From Methanohalophilus sp. (GTDB lineage Archaea; Halobacteriota; Methanosarcinia; Methanosarcinales; Methanosarcinaceae): 32,000 nucleotides of DNA. This document shows, piece after piece, positions 1-8,715 of this stretch (its first letter is position 1; the number at the start of each line of letters is the position of its first letter). Both the position numbers and the translations under genes were made by a program. A model generated the notes under the pieces. That model did not search any database and was not told where the DNA came from. It saw only the letters and a program-made list of their open reading frames with translations. The stretch covers positions 54,359 through 86,358 of the forward strand of contig NZ_JASGLW010000009.1 of assembly GCF_030156785.1 (NCBI RefSeq). The letters run 5' to 3'.

Positions 1-131
1 GCATCCGGTTTGTCCTTGAATCCGATAATAACCGGAACCTTTTCATTATCTGGTTGGGCCGCAACATTCGGCATGATCGCCAGAGACAATAGTATTAGCA
101 TACTGACAAGTATTGGTATTGCACTTTTCAT
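1..131 (-). CDS. N-terminal fragment of a secreted protein (signal peptide); the rest of the gene lies left of the window
   Basis: The reverse strand reads ATG (131..129) MKSAIPILVSMLILLSLAIMPNVAAQPDNEKVPVIIGFKDKPD... This has a basic N-terminus, a hydrophobic core and an AxA-like cleavage site. GGTGGT lies 7 nt upstream of the ATG. The VIIGFKD stretch resembles subtilase propeptides, but that is only a guess. Confidence 0.45.
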   Translation of the reverse strand, partial: MKSAIPILVSMLILLSLAIMPNVAAQPDNEKVPVIIGFKDKPD

Positions 132-366
132 TATATCTACCACCTTTTATAATTACTAATATATGTGGTATTTATTAATAGCTTACGCTATTCCTCTATG
201 AAACGATATGCTGCAATGGAAATTAGTGAAGATGGCGGCCTTGGGGGAAACATGCCAGCCACAACAACACAGGCTGAAACATTTTTTGAATTTTTCAGAA
301 TCATGAAAAGCAAATAATTTATCAATATTGCATTCCTTTCCGAATACAATTTCCGGAGAGTAAAAC

Positions 367-765
367 TTGCTTGATACAATAATTGCCGTAGATATATCGG
401 GCCGCCATTATGAAAATGACAGATATTTTATGGTTAGTGCGGCTGTGGCTTTATCATATTCAGAAGGCAACATCAGGGGAATAGAAGGAATTCATGTCAT
501 TCCGTTTTCCAGTACGAAACCACCTGAGATTACCGATGTTGTACATATGATAGAAGAATCAGTTGAAGGAATCGGGATAAAAGGTACTGTTGTAGCAGAA
601 AGAGGGGACATGTTCAACCAGCCGGAGGATATGGTAAAACAAATGTTCAGGGTTGATTTCAAATATCCTGAATCCATGGCTGAAAAGCTGGGAATTGAAT
701 TTGCACACCACGTATCACTAAGCAGTCGAAATCTCCTGATGAAACAGGAAGTACGTGAGAGCTAA
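367..765 (+). CDS. conserved archaeal hypothetical protein, 132 aa (possibly DUF2209-like, unverified)
   Basis: Uninterrupted ORF with a TTG start and a TAA stop 30 nt upstream of hflX. I cannot name any catalytic motif with certainty. Confidence 0.5.
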   Translation: MLDTIIAVDISGRHYENDRYFMVSAAVALSYSEGNIRGIEGIHVIPFSSTKPPEITDVVHMIEESVEGIGIKGTVVAERGDMFNQPEDMVKQMFRVDFKYPESMAEKLGIEFAHHVSLSSRNLLMKQEVRES

Positions 766-794
766 TATCCGATATTCAAAAACGCGGTTTTTCC

Positions 795-2051
795 ATGAAT
801 GATGTAATTCTTGTCCAGCGTACGGTTCCCGGAAGTAAGGAAAGGGACAACATCCGAAAACTTGCAGAGTTGAAAGAACTTGCATTTGCAGCTGGTTACA
901 ATGTGCTTGATTCTATTGTGCAGCAACATCATCCGGATCGGAGGTATCATGTGGGAAAAGGAAAAGCCGAAGAAATTGCTGGACACGTAGCTGAACTATA
1001 TCCTTCAAAAGTGATTTTCCTGAATCCTCTCACAATTACACAGATCTACAATCTTTCTGAACTCTGCCAGTGCGAGGTTATTGACAAATTCCAGCTGATT
1101 CTGGAAATATTTGCTACAAGGGCAACTACCAGCCGCTCCAAATTACAGGTTGAACTTGCAAAACTTGAGTACGAACTCCCGAGGGCACGCAAACTTGTAT
1201 CGCTGTTAAAACAAGAAGAACGCCCCGGATTTATGGGAATGGGCGGTTACGAGGATTCATATGAGCAGGATCTCAAGAAAAGGATTAGCAGGATCAGGAA
1301 AGAACTCAAAAATACTATTCGAAGCAGTGCCACACGTCGGGAAAGCAGGCATGAACAGGGTTTTTCCCTGATCTCCCTTGCAGGCTATACGAATGCGGGA
1401 AAAAGCACTCTTTTCAACACATTAGTTTCCGAAAATGTAGAAAGCATGGATATGCTTTTTACAACCCTCTCACCGACCACGCGTTCTATTAATATTAATG
1501 GAAGAAGGGCAATGCTTACTGATACGGTCGGTTTTATCGAGGATCTGCCTCACTTCCTCGTTGATGCTTTTCGCTCAACACTTGAAGATGTTTTTCTCTC
1601 AGATATCATCCTGCTTGTTGTTGATGCGAGTGATCCGATTGATGTAATGAGAAAAAAGCTTGCTGTTTCCCACGATATTTTCTGGAAACAACTTGAGAAT
1701 GCGGTTATAATTACTGTATTTAATAAGGTTGATCTTGTCTCTCCGGCAGATCTGGAGGCAAAAATCAATGCTCTTAGATACCTCTGCCCGAATCCTGTGA
1801 TTGTTTCCGCAAAAGAGAGTATTGCCTTGGACAAGCTAAAAGAAACAATATACTCCAATCTCCCGGAATGGAAAAGATTCACGATATCATTACCTAATTC
1901 AGATAAAGGTATGTCAGTTCTTTCATGGCTGATGGAGCAGGGTATTGTACATTCCACGGATTACGGTGATACAATCACGCTGGATGTAGAAGCATCGGAT
2001 TCGGTTGTGGAAAAAGCGAAAAAGTTTGTCCAGAATCTTTTAGAAGATTAA
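795..2051 (+). CDS. hflX: GTPase HflX
   Basis: 418 aa. G1 is GYTNAGKSTLFN, G3 is DTVGF and G4 is NKVD. An HflX-type N-terminal domain precedes the G domain. Confidence 0.9.
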   Translation: MNDVILVQRTVPGSKERDNIRKLAELKELAFAAGYNVLDSIVQQHHPDRRYHVGKGKAEEIAGHVAELYPSKVIFLNPLTITQIYNLSELCQCEVIDKFQLILEIFATRATTSRSKLQVELAKLEYELPRARKLVSLLKQEERPGFMGMGGYEDSYEQDLKKRISRIRKELKNTIRSSATRRESRHEQGFSLISLAGYTNAGKSTLFNTLVSENVESMDMLFTTLSPTTRSININGRRAMLTDTVGFIEDLPHFLVDAFRSTLEDVFLSDIILLVVDASDPIDVMRKKLAVSHDIFWKQLENAVIITVFNKVDLVSPADLEAKINALRYLCPNPVIVSAKESIALDKLKETIYSNLPEWKRFTISLPNSDKGMSVLSWLMEQGIVHSTDYGDTITLDVEASDSVVEKAKKFVQNLLED

Positions 2052-2119
2052 TGCAATCCTATCAGGTTTGCTTATTCGGCACAAAAACTTATAACACACA
2101 AAAACTGATTATCTTCCTG

Positions 2120-2776
2120 ATGCTATTCGATTTGCATGTTCATTCCTGCTTTTCAAAAGACAGTGATTCGGATCTGGATTCCATCCTGAAGTGGGCAAAA
2201 ATAAATGGGCTTGACGGGCTTGCAATTTGTGATCATGATTCGGTAGAGGGGGGAGTGGCTTGTTCCAAACGCGCTGAAGAATTGGATTGTGATATTCTTG
2301 TAATTCCGGGAATTGAAGTTAGCTCTGCCGAAGGGCATGTACTGATCATTGGAGTGAATAAAGCAATTCCACCTGGATTGAGTGTCCCTGAAACAATAAT
2401 ATGTGCCCGGGAGTAGGGAGGAATTGTGATAATTCCACATCCTTTCAAACGTACTTCCCATGGCATTGGATATGTTGAAGGGCTGGACATTGATGCGGTC
2501 GAAGTTTTTAATTCACGCTGTCTTACTTCATATGCCAACAAGCGTGCAAAAATGGTTGCCGATAGGTTAGGCATACCGCAGGTGGGGGGAAGTGATGCAC
2601 ATGAGCCTGGTATGGTGGGGCGTTCCTATACTGAAATCGATGCATCTGAAAAAACAGTTGAAGCAGTGCTTTCGGCAATCAAAAACGGGAATGTCAAAGC
2701 AGGTGGCCAACGTACGCCACCACAGTATTTTATAAAGCAGATGTTCAGGGGCTTAAAAAAGAAAGTTCAGGCTTGA
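2120..2776 (+). CDS. PHP-domain metal-dependent phosphoesterase, interrupted by one in-frame TAG (2414..2416)
   Basis: The track ORFs 2051..2416 and 2426..2776 are in the same frame (2426-2051=375). The N-terminal half has the PHP motifs FDLHVHS, AICDHD, GIEV and EGHVLI. The C-terminal half has IIPHPF and GGSDAHE. The likely start is ATG 2120 (MLFDLHVHS); an alternative ATG at 2051 overlaps the hflX stop. Confidence 0.7.
2414..2416 (+). other. in-frame amber (TAG) codon inside the PHP-domain gene
   Basis: The sequence reads ...ATA TGT GCC CGG GAG TAG GGA GGA ATT GTG ATA ATT CCA CAT..., giving ICARE-TAG-GGIVIIPH in one frame. Confidence 0.95.
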
Positions 2777-2779
2777 AAA

Positions 2780-3802
2780 TCACGTTTGCAAAAATTCCTC
2801 GTTGAAGATTTTAAGCATCAGTATAAATGACGCCAGGAGCATTGGACCAACAACTATTCCTACAAGGCCAAAGAGAGAAATTCCTATGAAAATCCCGAGA
2901 AGGGATACAAAGGGATGAATGGATCCGACTTTTTTCTGGATGATTGGTCGCAGGAAGTTATCGACATTGCTTATAATTATTCCGGCTATCAGGATTATCA
3001 CAGCAGCATAGTAATCGGCTTCGATCAGTTTAAATACAATTGCCGGAACCCAAATGATGGGTGCTCCAATTACTGGGATAATTGATAGGATGGCTGTGAT
3101 AAAGCCCCAAAGAAGCGCTCCATGTATCTCAACAAGATAAAATGTGATTGCAAGAAGGGAACCCTGTATGGCTGCAATCATGAGGGTTGAAATGACTGTT
3201 GAATGAATGATGTTCTTCATTTCATCCAACAGAACATAGGTATTCCGGGTGCTAAAGGGTGTGATATCAAATACGATTTTTCTGAGTTTTGTGTCATCGG
3301 TTGTCAACAGGTAATACAAAAGGAAAATCAAGATTGTAAGTCCGGCTATTTGTACTCCGATGTTCTGGATTGCATCAATTATCAGTTCACTTAAAAAAGT
3401 ACCCGCGGTTGAGACAATGTCCGCAGTCTTTTCTTCGAGATTGAAAATGGCAATGAGCTCATTAATTTGTTCATAATTCATATTTATCTGATCAATTTGT
3501 GAGACTACATTTGCCAGAACCTGTCCTATTTGCCCGGCTATAAGCACAAAGAGGTAGTATATTGGAATTATTATCAACAACATAACAAGTGCGATCACAC
3601 CAATCGCAGCAACAGCCGGATTAATTCGTTTTTTTCTCAGGATTTTCTTGTACAGAGGATCAACAATTGCATAAATTATCAGGGCGGCCAGGAAAAAATC
3701 AACAAAAGGAAATAGTGCATATGTGATTGCACAGGCAAGTATAACTGTGAAAAGGATGGCAAGTGCAATTTTGGCGGCTATTTTATTATCCATGGATATC
3801 AA
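2780..3802 (-). CDS. AI-2E family (PerM/UPF0118) membrane transporter
   Basis: 340 aa polytopic membrane protein. The C-terminal region FLRPIIQKKVGSIHPFVSLLGIFIGISLFGLVGIVVGP is typical of the AI-2E family. Confidence 0.8.
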   Translation of the reverse strand: MISMDNKIAAKIALAILFTVILACAITYALFPFVDFFLAALIIYAIVDPLYKKILRKKRINPAVAAIGVIALVMLLIIIPIYYLFVLIAGQIGQVLANVVSQIDQINMNYEQINELIAIFNLEEKTADIVSTAGTFLSELIIDAIQNIGVQIAGLTILIFLLYYLLTTDDTKLRKIVFDITPFSTRNTYVLLDEMKNIIHSTVISTLMIAAIQGSLLAITFYLVEIHGALLWGFITAILSIIPVIGAPIIWVPAIVFKLIEADYYAAVIILIAGIIISNVDNFLRPIIQKKVGSIHPFVSLLGIFIGISLFGLVGIVVGPMLLASFILMLKIFNEEFLQT

Positions 3803-3805
3803 GTT

Positions 3806-4528
3806 TTAATCCTTTTTATTTTCTACGAGAAATCTGAAATAAATTCTCCTGTTATTCTTACCTTTGTTTTCAACTTTGAATATTTCTATGTGGGGAATTT
3901 CAGCGGTGTTTTTGACGTGTGTGCCACCACATGCCTGAGTATCGATATCTCCAATGTTTATAATCCTGATTTCCTGTACATCAGGAGGAAAAGCATCTTT
4001 TAGTTTGACCATGGATGGTATGTCAAAAGCTTCATCCCTTGGAAGGAACTCTATATTGACATCGATATTCCTGTCAATGATTTCATTAACTTTTTCTTGG
4101 TAGGAGCTGATTTGTTCCCTGTCAAACTTCTCAAGGTTAAAATCAACCCTTGTTTTTTCTTCTCCGATCTGGTTTCCCGATATTTTTGCGCCGGTTTCGT
4201 TATGGATTATTGCACTGAGGATATGACATGCAGTGTGGTATTTCATAAAGAGGTAGCGTCTGTCCCAGTCTATAATTCCCTTAACATGGTCGCCGGGTTT
4301 CAGATTACATTCTGCTACTTCATGGCTGATTTTACCACTAAACTTTCCTGTAAAAACCACCTTGCATTCCTTACCGTTATGAATAAGTTTTCCGGTATCA
4401 TGGGGCTGTCCGCCGGACTGAGGATAAAAGGCTGTTCGGTCAAGGATCACATACTTGTCGTCAGTTACACTTTCCACGGTAGCTTCAAAATCTTTCAGGT
4501 AACAGTCTTTAAGATAAATAGCATTCAT
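3806..4528 (-). CDS. alaX: alanyl-tRNA editing protein AlaX (AlaX-M size class)
   Basis: 240 aa. It carries the zinc-binding HTACH and CGGTHV motifs of the AlaRS editing domain. Confidence 0.9.
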   Translation of the reverse strand: MNAIYLKDCYLKDFEATVESVTDDKYVILDRTAFYPQSGGQPHDTGKLIHNGKECKVVFTGKFSGKISHEVAECNLKPGDHVKGIIDWDRRYLFMKYHTACHILSAIIHNETGAKISGNQIGEEKTRVDFNLEKFDREQISSYQEKVNEIIDRNIDVNIEFLPRDEAFDIPSMVKLKDAFPPDVQEIRIINIGDIDTQACGGTHVKNTAEIPHIEIFKVENKGKNNRRIYFRFLVENKKD

Positions 4529-4625
4529 TAGATGGATTTTAAACTCTTTAATACATAAAATGTTTGTAGAGCAACTTCACCTTTGTCAAAACATTTAATA
4601 TAAATCTCCCTGCTTATATGTTCCT

Positions 4626-5423
4626 ATGCTCTATTTTGTGGGTCTGGGTCTTTTTGACGAAAAGGATATCTCTCTGAAAGGTCTGGAAGTGATAAAGCAG
4701 GCGGATGAGGTTTATGTTGAATTCTACACGTCCCGCCTTATGGGCTCTGATCAGGAGAAAATGGAAGCTCTCTATGGCAGGGAACTGAATGTTCTCAGCA
4801 GGGAAGAGGTGGAGCAGGATCCTTGGTGGCTGGAAAGGGCAAAGGAAAAAGATGTTGTTTTCCTGACAGGAGGGGACACCATGGTTTCCACCACTCATGT
4901 AGATCTGCGGCTTCGTGCACAAAGACTGGGAATACAGACGCAGCTTATTCATGGCTCTTCAATTGTGAGTGCAGTTTGCGGTCTTTCAGGACTCCAGAAC
5001 TACAGGTTTGGCAAGGCTGCCACTGTTCCCCATCCATACACAAGTAGTCGAGGTAATACTATAATCTCGGAATCCCCATATAATGCTATAGTCCAGAACA
5101 TTGAGCAGGATCTGCATACCCTTGTTTTCCTTGATATCGACAAGGATAAGGGGTACATGACGGTTCCCGAGGCTGTAAATCTGCTTCTTACGGTTGACAA
5201 TCGCAGGGATTGTGTGCTTGCGGATCGCATTGGTGTGGGAATTGCCCGAGCTGGGTCGCCTGTACCGGTTGTAAAAGCTGATTTTCTTCCTAGGCTCAAG
5301 GATTATGATTTTGGAGAACCTCTTCAGATTCTTGTAATTCCGGGTTCATTGCATTTTCTTGAATCCGAAGCACTTGTGGAGTTTGCGGATGCACCTGATG
5401 AAGTGCTGGAAATTGACGATTAA
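4626..5423 (+). CDS. dphB: diphthine synthase
   Basis: 265 aa. The MLYFVGLGLFDEKDISLKGLEVIKQADEVYVEFYTS N-terminus is of the tetrapyrrole-methylase type, and the length is typical for archaeal Dph5. Confidence 0.9.
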   Translation: MLYFVGLGLFDEKDISLKGLEVIKQADEVYVEFYTSRLMGSDQEKMEALYGRELNVLSREEVEQDPWWLERAKEKDVVFLTGGDTMVSTTHVDLRLRAQRLGIQTQLIHGSSIVSAVCGLSGLQNYRFGKAATVPHPYTSSRGNTIISESPYNAIVQNIEQDLHTLVFLDIDKDKGYMTVPEAVNLLLTVDNRRDCVLADRIGVGIARAGSPVPVVKADFLPRLKDYDFGEPLQILVIPGSLHFLESEALVEFADAPDEVLEIDD

Positions 5424-5466
5424 CCCGCCCTTAACAGAAAATCATTTATAGCTACAGATAGACGAA

Positions 5467-7113
5467 ATGATGTTACTTGTGAGTGAGTTGTATATGAGGG
5501 GATCTGTAGGACTGATAATTGGTGAGACTGGGACTCTTGATTTTAAGTTCCTGGTATCTGACAGTACAGCGGTAATGCGAGGCCACTACGTAAAGGTGTG
5601 GCATGAAACTGATTCTTCGTGGGTACTTGCGCAGGTGATGTCAATAACCCGCTCAAGTGACAGCTTTTCGGTTGAGGAAGCCAAAAAAGGAAAACGTAAC
5701 AACAGAGATGATGATCACATTGTGGCTGAGGCTAATGTCATCGGAAGCAGGGGAAGTGATGGATTGCTTCGATCCCCAAAGACTCCGTTCAGCCCAGGGG
5801 ACCCCATCTATGTTGCAGACAACGAGCTGATTCGCAATGTTCTTGGTTTAGTAGGTGGTAACATGTATGTGGGACTGCTTGACGGGACCGATATCCCAGT
5901 GCATCTTGATGCTAATAACCTCGTTCAAAAACATTGTAGCATCCTCGCAAAAACAGGAAGTGGTAAATCCTATACTGCAGCGGTTTTGCTGGAAGAACTT
6001 CTGGAACATAATGTCCCTCTTCTTATCATTGATCCCCACAGTGAATATGGTAGCCTGAAAGAAGCTGCTTCAGGTAATGGTAAGGATTCGGCAAAATACA
6101 AAGTAACTCCCAAAGGCTATGGTTCAAAGGTAAAAGTTTACACTCCAGCTAATAAATTCATTAATCCCAATGCTGATGAGCTTTTCCGTCTCAACGGTGT
6201 CAACCTGAAACCCAAGGAACTCATTGATCTTTTCCCTGACAACTACACAACGACTCATACCGGTATTTTATATGAGTCAATTCATAAACTCCGTGCGGAA
6301 GTGGACACATATTTCCTGGAAGACATAATTAGGGAAGTCTCGAATAACGAAAGTAAGGCACGATGGAACGTAATTAATCTGCTTGAAGATGTAAACCAGA
6401 TGGAATTGCTCTCTCCTAATCCCACTCCTGTGGAAGAACTCATGCAGGAAGGCAAGGCCAGTATCATTGATCTAAAAGGCATCCCCCCTGATATTCAGAG
6501 TATGGTTGTTGCAAAACTCTGTGAGAACCTATTTGAAGCCCGTAAGATGGGTCATATTCCGCCGGGTATGCTTGTGGTTGAGGAAGCTCATAATTTTGCT
6601 CCAGAAAGAGGTTTCAGCAAGAGTGCAAGCTCGGAAATACTGAGGACCATTGCATCTGAAGGCAGGAAGTTTGGTCTTGGAATGATGATAATTTCCCAGC
6701 GTCCCGCAAGGGTTGACAAAAATGTTCTTTCTCAATGCGGTACCCAGATCATAATGAAAGTAACCAATCCGAATGATCTTAAATCCATAAGCAAAGGTCT
6801 TGAAGGTGCCAATTCCTATGTTGAGGATGAACTTATTCGTCTGCCCCCTGGTGTTGCTATGCTGGTGAGTAATGATATTGAACGACCAGTTCTTGTAGAC
6901 GTGAGGGTGCGTCGATCTAAGCATGGCGGTGAATCGGTTAATGTACTGAAAGCTTCTTCGGGAAAACGCAAGTCTACTACCAAGAAAGTTGCAGTGGCTC
7001 CGGCTCAATCTTCTGCTACTTCGCCTCCACCTAAACGCGAACCTACAAGAAAGCCTAAATCTGGTAGAGAAGAGAAAGGTCTATTCAAAAAACTATTTGG
7101 TTCTGAAAAGTGA
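5467..7113 (+). CDS. HerA-like / DUF87 family ATPase with a basic low-complexity C-terminal tail
   Basis: Walker A is AKTGSGKSYT and the Walker B-like segment is MLVVEEAHNF. The N-terminus looks like a HAS barrel. The last ~55 aa are rich in K/R/S/P. The start is uncertain (ATG 5467 or ATG 5494). Confidence 0.8.
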   Translation: MMLLVSELYMRGSVGLIIGETGTLDFKFLVSDSTAVMRGHYVKVWHETDSSWVLAQVMSITRSSDSFSVEEAKKGKRNNRDDDHIVAEANVIGSRGSDGLLRSPKTPFSPGDPIYVADNELIRNVLGLVGGNMYVGLLDGTDIPVHLDANNLVQKHCSILAKTGSGKSYTAAVLLEELLEHNVPLLIIDPHSEYGSLKEAASGNGKDSAKYKVTPKGYGSKVKVYTPANKFINPNADELFRLNGVNLKPKELIDLFPDNYTTTHTGILYESIHKLRAEVDTYFLEDIIREVSNNESKARWNVINLLEDVNQMELLSPNPTPVEELMQEGKASIIDLKGIPPDIQSMVVAKLCENLFEARKMGHIPPGMLVVEEAHNFAPERGFSKSASSEILRTIASEGRKFGLGMMIISQRPARVDKNVLSQCGTQIIMKVTNPNDLKSISKGLEGANSYVEDELIRLPPGVAMLVSNDIERPVLVDVRVRRSKHGGESVNVLKASSGKRKSTTKKVAVAPAQSSATSPPPKREPTRKPKSGREEKGLFKKLFGSEK

Positions 7114-7145
7114 GGAAATGTATTTTATAGTAAGGATGTGACAAA

Positions 7146-7427
7146 GTGGCTGCAGAACTTGCTGAAAAAGTCGAGCGTTATGAACGCCTGCTACGGCAGG
7201 CCCTTGAAAAGGCTGTTATTTCTCCGATTGAGGGCTCCCATATGAAATGTGTAGGGGAGGATTTCAGAGAAATGGCCGAATCATATTATAAGGATGGTAT
7301 GTATTTCATAGAATCAGATGATCTGGTAAATGCCCTTGTTTGTTTCAGCTATGGTCATGCATGGCTGGATGCAGGAGCAAAACTGGGTGTATTTGATGTT
7401 GACGATGACGTATTGTTTACTATATAA
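7146..7427 (+). CDS. small conserved archaeal protein (DUF357-like)
   Basis: 93 aa with a GTG start. The YGHAWLDAGAKLG segment matches my recollection of DUF357. The family assignment is from memory only. Confidence 0.55.
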   Translation: MAAELAEKVERYERLLRQALEKAVISPIEGSHMKCVGEDFREMAESYYKDGMYFIESDDLVNALVCFSYGHAWLDAGAKLGVFDVDDDVLFTI

Positions 7428-7462
7428 ATGAGACATGGAAGAAATTGTGAGGAGATAAGTTT

Positions 7463-7804
7463 ATGCCAAACTATCATGTGACCCTTGAAGCTGCCTGGTT
7501 GGTAAGGGATGTAAAGAGTGCCGATGATGCTATCGGTGTTGCGATCGCAGAAGCCGGAAAACGTCTGAATCCAAAACTTGACTTTGTTGAAGTTGATGTA
7601 GGAACTACCTTCTGTCCTGCATGTAATGAACCAATAAGCAGTGTATTCATGGCTGCAAATACTGCAATTGTTGGTTTGGTTCTCCAGATGAAGGTTTTTG
7701 ATGCGGAAACCGAGGAACATGCATCACGAATAGCAAAGTCTGTTATTGGGAGGGCATTAAGAGATGTGCCCCTGAGCGTTATCGAAGTGGAGGATTTCGA
7801 GTAA
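7463..7804 (+). CDS. UPF0212/DUF555-like small protein
   Basis: 113 aa. The N-terminus [14 protein letters not shown] and the FCPACNEP segment are typical of the archaeal UPF0212 family as I recall it. Confidence 0.6.
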   Translation: MPNYHVTLEAAWLVRDVKSADDAIGVAIAEAGKRLNPKLDFVEVDVGTTFCPACNEPISSVFMAANTAIVGLVLQMKVFDAETEEHASRIAKSVIGRALRDVPLSVIEVEDFE

Positions 7805-7816
7805 CGGTGGTCTTTA

Positions 7817-8707
7817 ATGACTGAAACGATTTCCGTGGTGGGGCATGCTGCTCTCGATTATCTTTTTGAGGTTGAGAGGATTGCTTCACCAAATGAATCA
7901 TATCCAATTATAAAGTACGATACTTTTTTTGGTGGAGGAGCTGCCAATATTGCTGCGGCAATTGCAACTCTTGGAGGGGATGTTTCCCTGATCTCGGCTA
8001 TAGGTGATGATTTTGAGCGTACAGGTTTCAAGTCACATCTGGAAAACCTTGGTGTGGATTTGTCGCTTCTGTACCGGATTGAAAATGAAAAATGTACTCG
8101 TGCATTTGTATATACGGATAGGCAGCACAACCAGTCATCATACTTCTACTGGGGGGCATCCGCAAAGCTTCCTGAATTAGAACCTCCTGAAGTTGATTTT
8201 GTCCATCTTGCAACAGCTGAGGCAAATTTTAATGCTCGCATGTCAAAAAAAGCCGGATTTGTATGTTTTGATCCGGGACAGGATCTGGTTACATATTCAA
8301 AAGAAAATCTGGTTACAATACTTGATAATACAGACATTCTTTTTGCAAATAGGCATGAAATTAGAAGGGTTTGCAGCATGACACACAGGTCATTTGACGA
8401 TCTCAAAAATAGTATTGAGACAATTATCGTGACATGTGATACCGGAGGCAGTCGCATCTATTATAGAGATTCACAGTTTCATATTCCTGCTGTAAAAGTT
8501 GAAGCGGTTGATCCTACAGGAGCCGGGGATGGTTACAGGGCCGGTTTCCTTGTAGCTTTCAAAAAAGGTTATCCTGTAGAAACATGTGGGAAGATTGGCG
8601 CAGTTGTAGCATCTTTTGTTGTGGAGCGTACCGGTTGCCAGACTAACCTTCCAACATGGGAAGTTATGCAAAAAAGATATGAAGAGAAATTTGGGCAGTT
8701 GCCCTGA
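7817..8707 (+). CDS. PfkB-family carbohydrate/nucleoside kinase
   Basis: 296 aa. It has the GG dipeptide region FGGGAANIA and the DPTGAGD anion-hole motif. Confidence 0.85.
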   Translation: MTETISVVGHAALDYLFEVERIASPNESYPIIKYDTFFGGGAANIAAAIATLGGDVSLISAIGDDFERTGFKSHLENLGVDLSLLYRIENEKCTRAFVYTDRQHNQSSYFYWGASAKLPELEPPEVDFVHLATAEANFNARMSKKAGFVCFDPGQDLVTYSKENLVTILDNTDILFANRHEIRRVCSMTHRSFDDLKNSIETIIVTCDTGGSRIYYRDSQFHIPAVKVEAVDPTGAGDGYRAGFLVAFKKGYPVETCGKIGAVVASFVVERTGCQTNLPTWEVMQKRYEEKFGQLP

Positions 8708-8715
8708 TTCTCTCT

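Noticed and set aside
188-379. A 63-aa minus-strand ORF between the truncated secreted-protein gene and ORF 367..765
   Set aside because: It has no recognisable motif, lies across a likely divergent promoter region and overlaps the start of the plus-strand gene. It is probably spurious.
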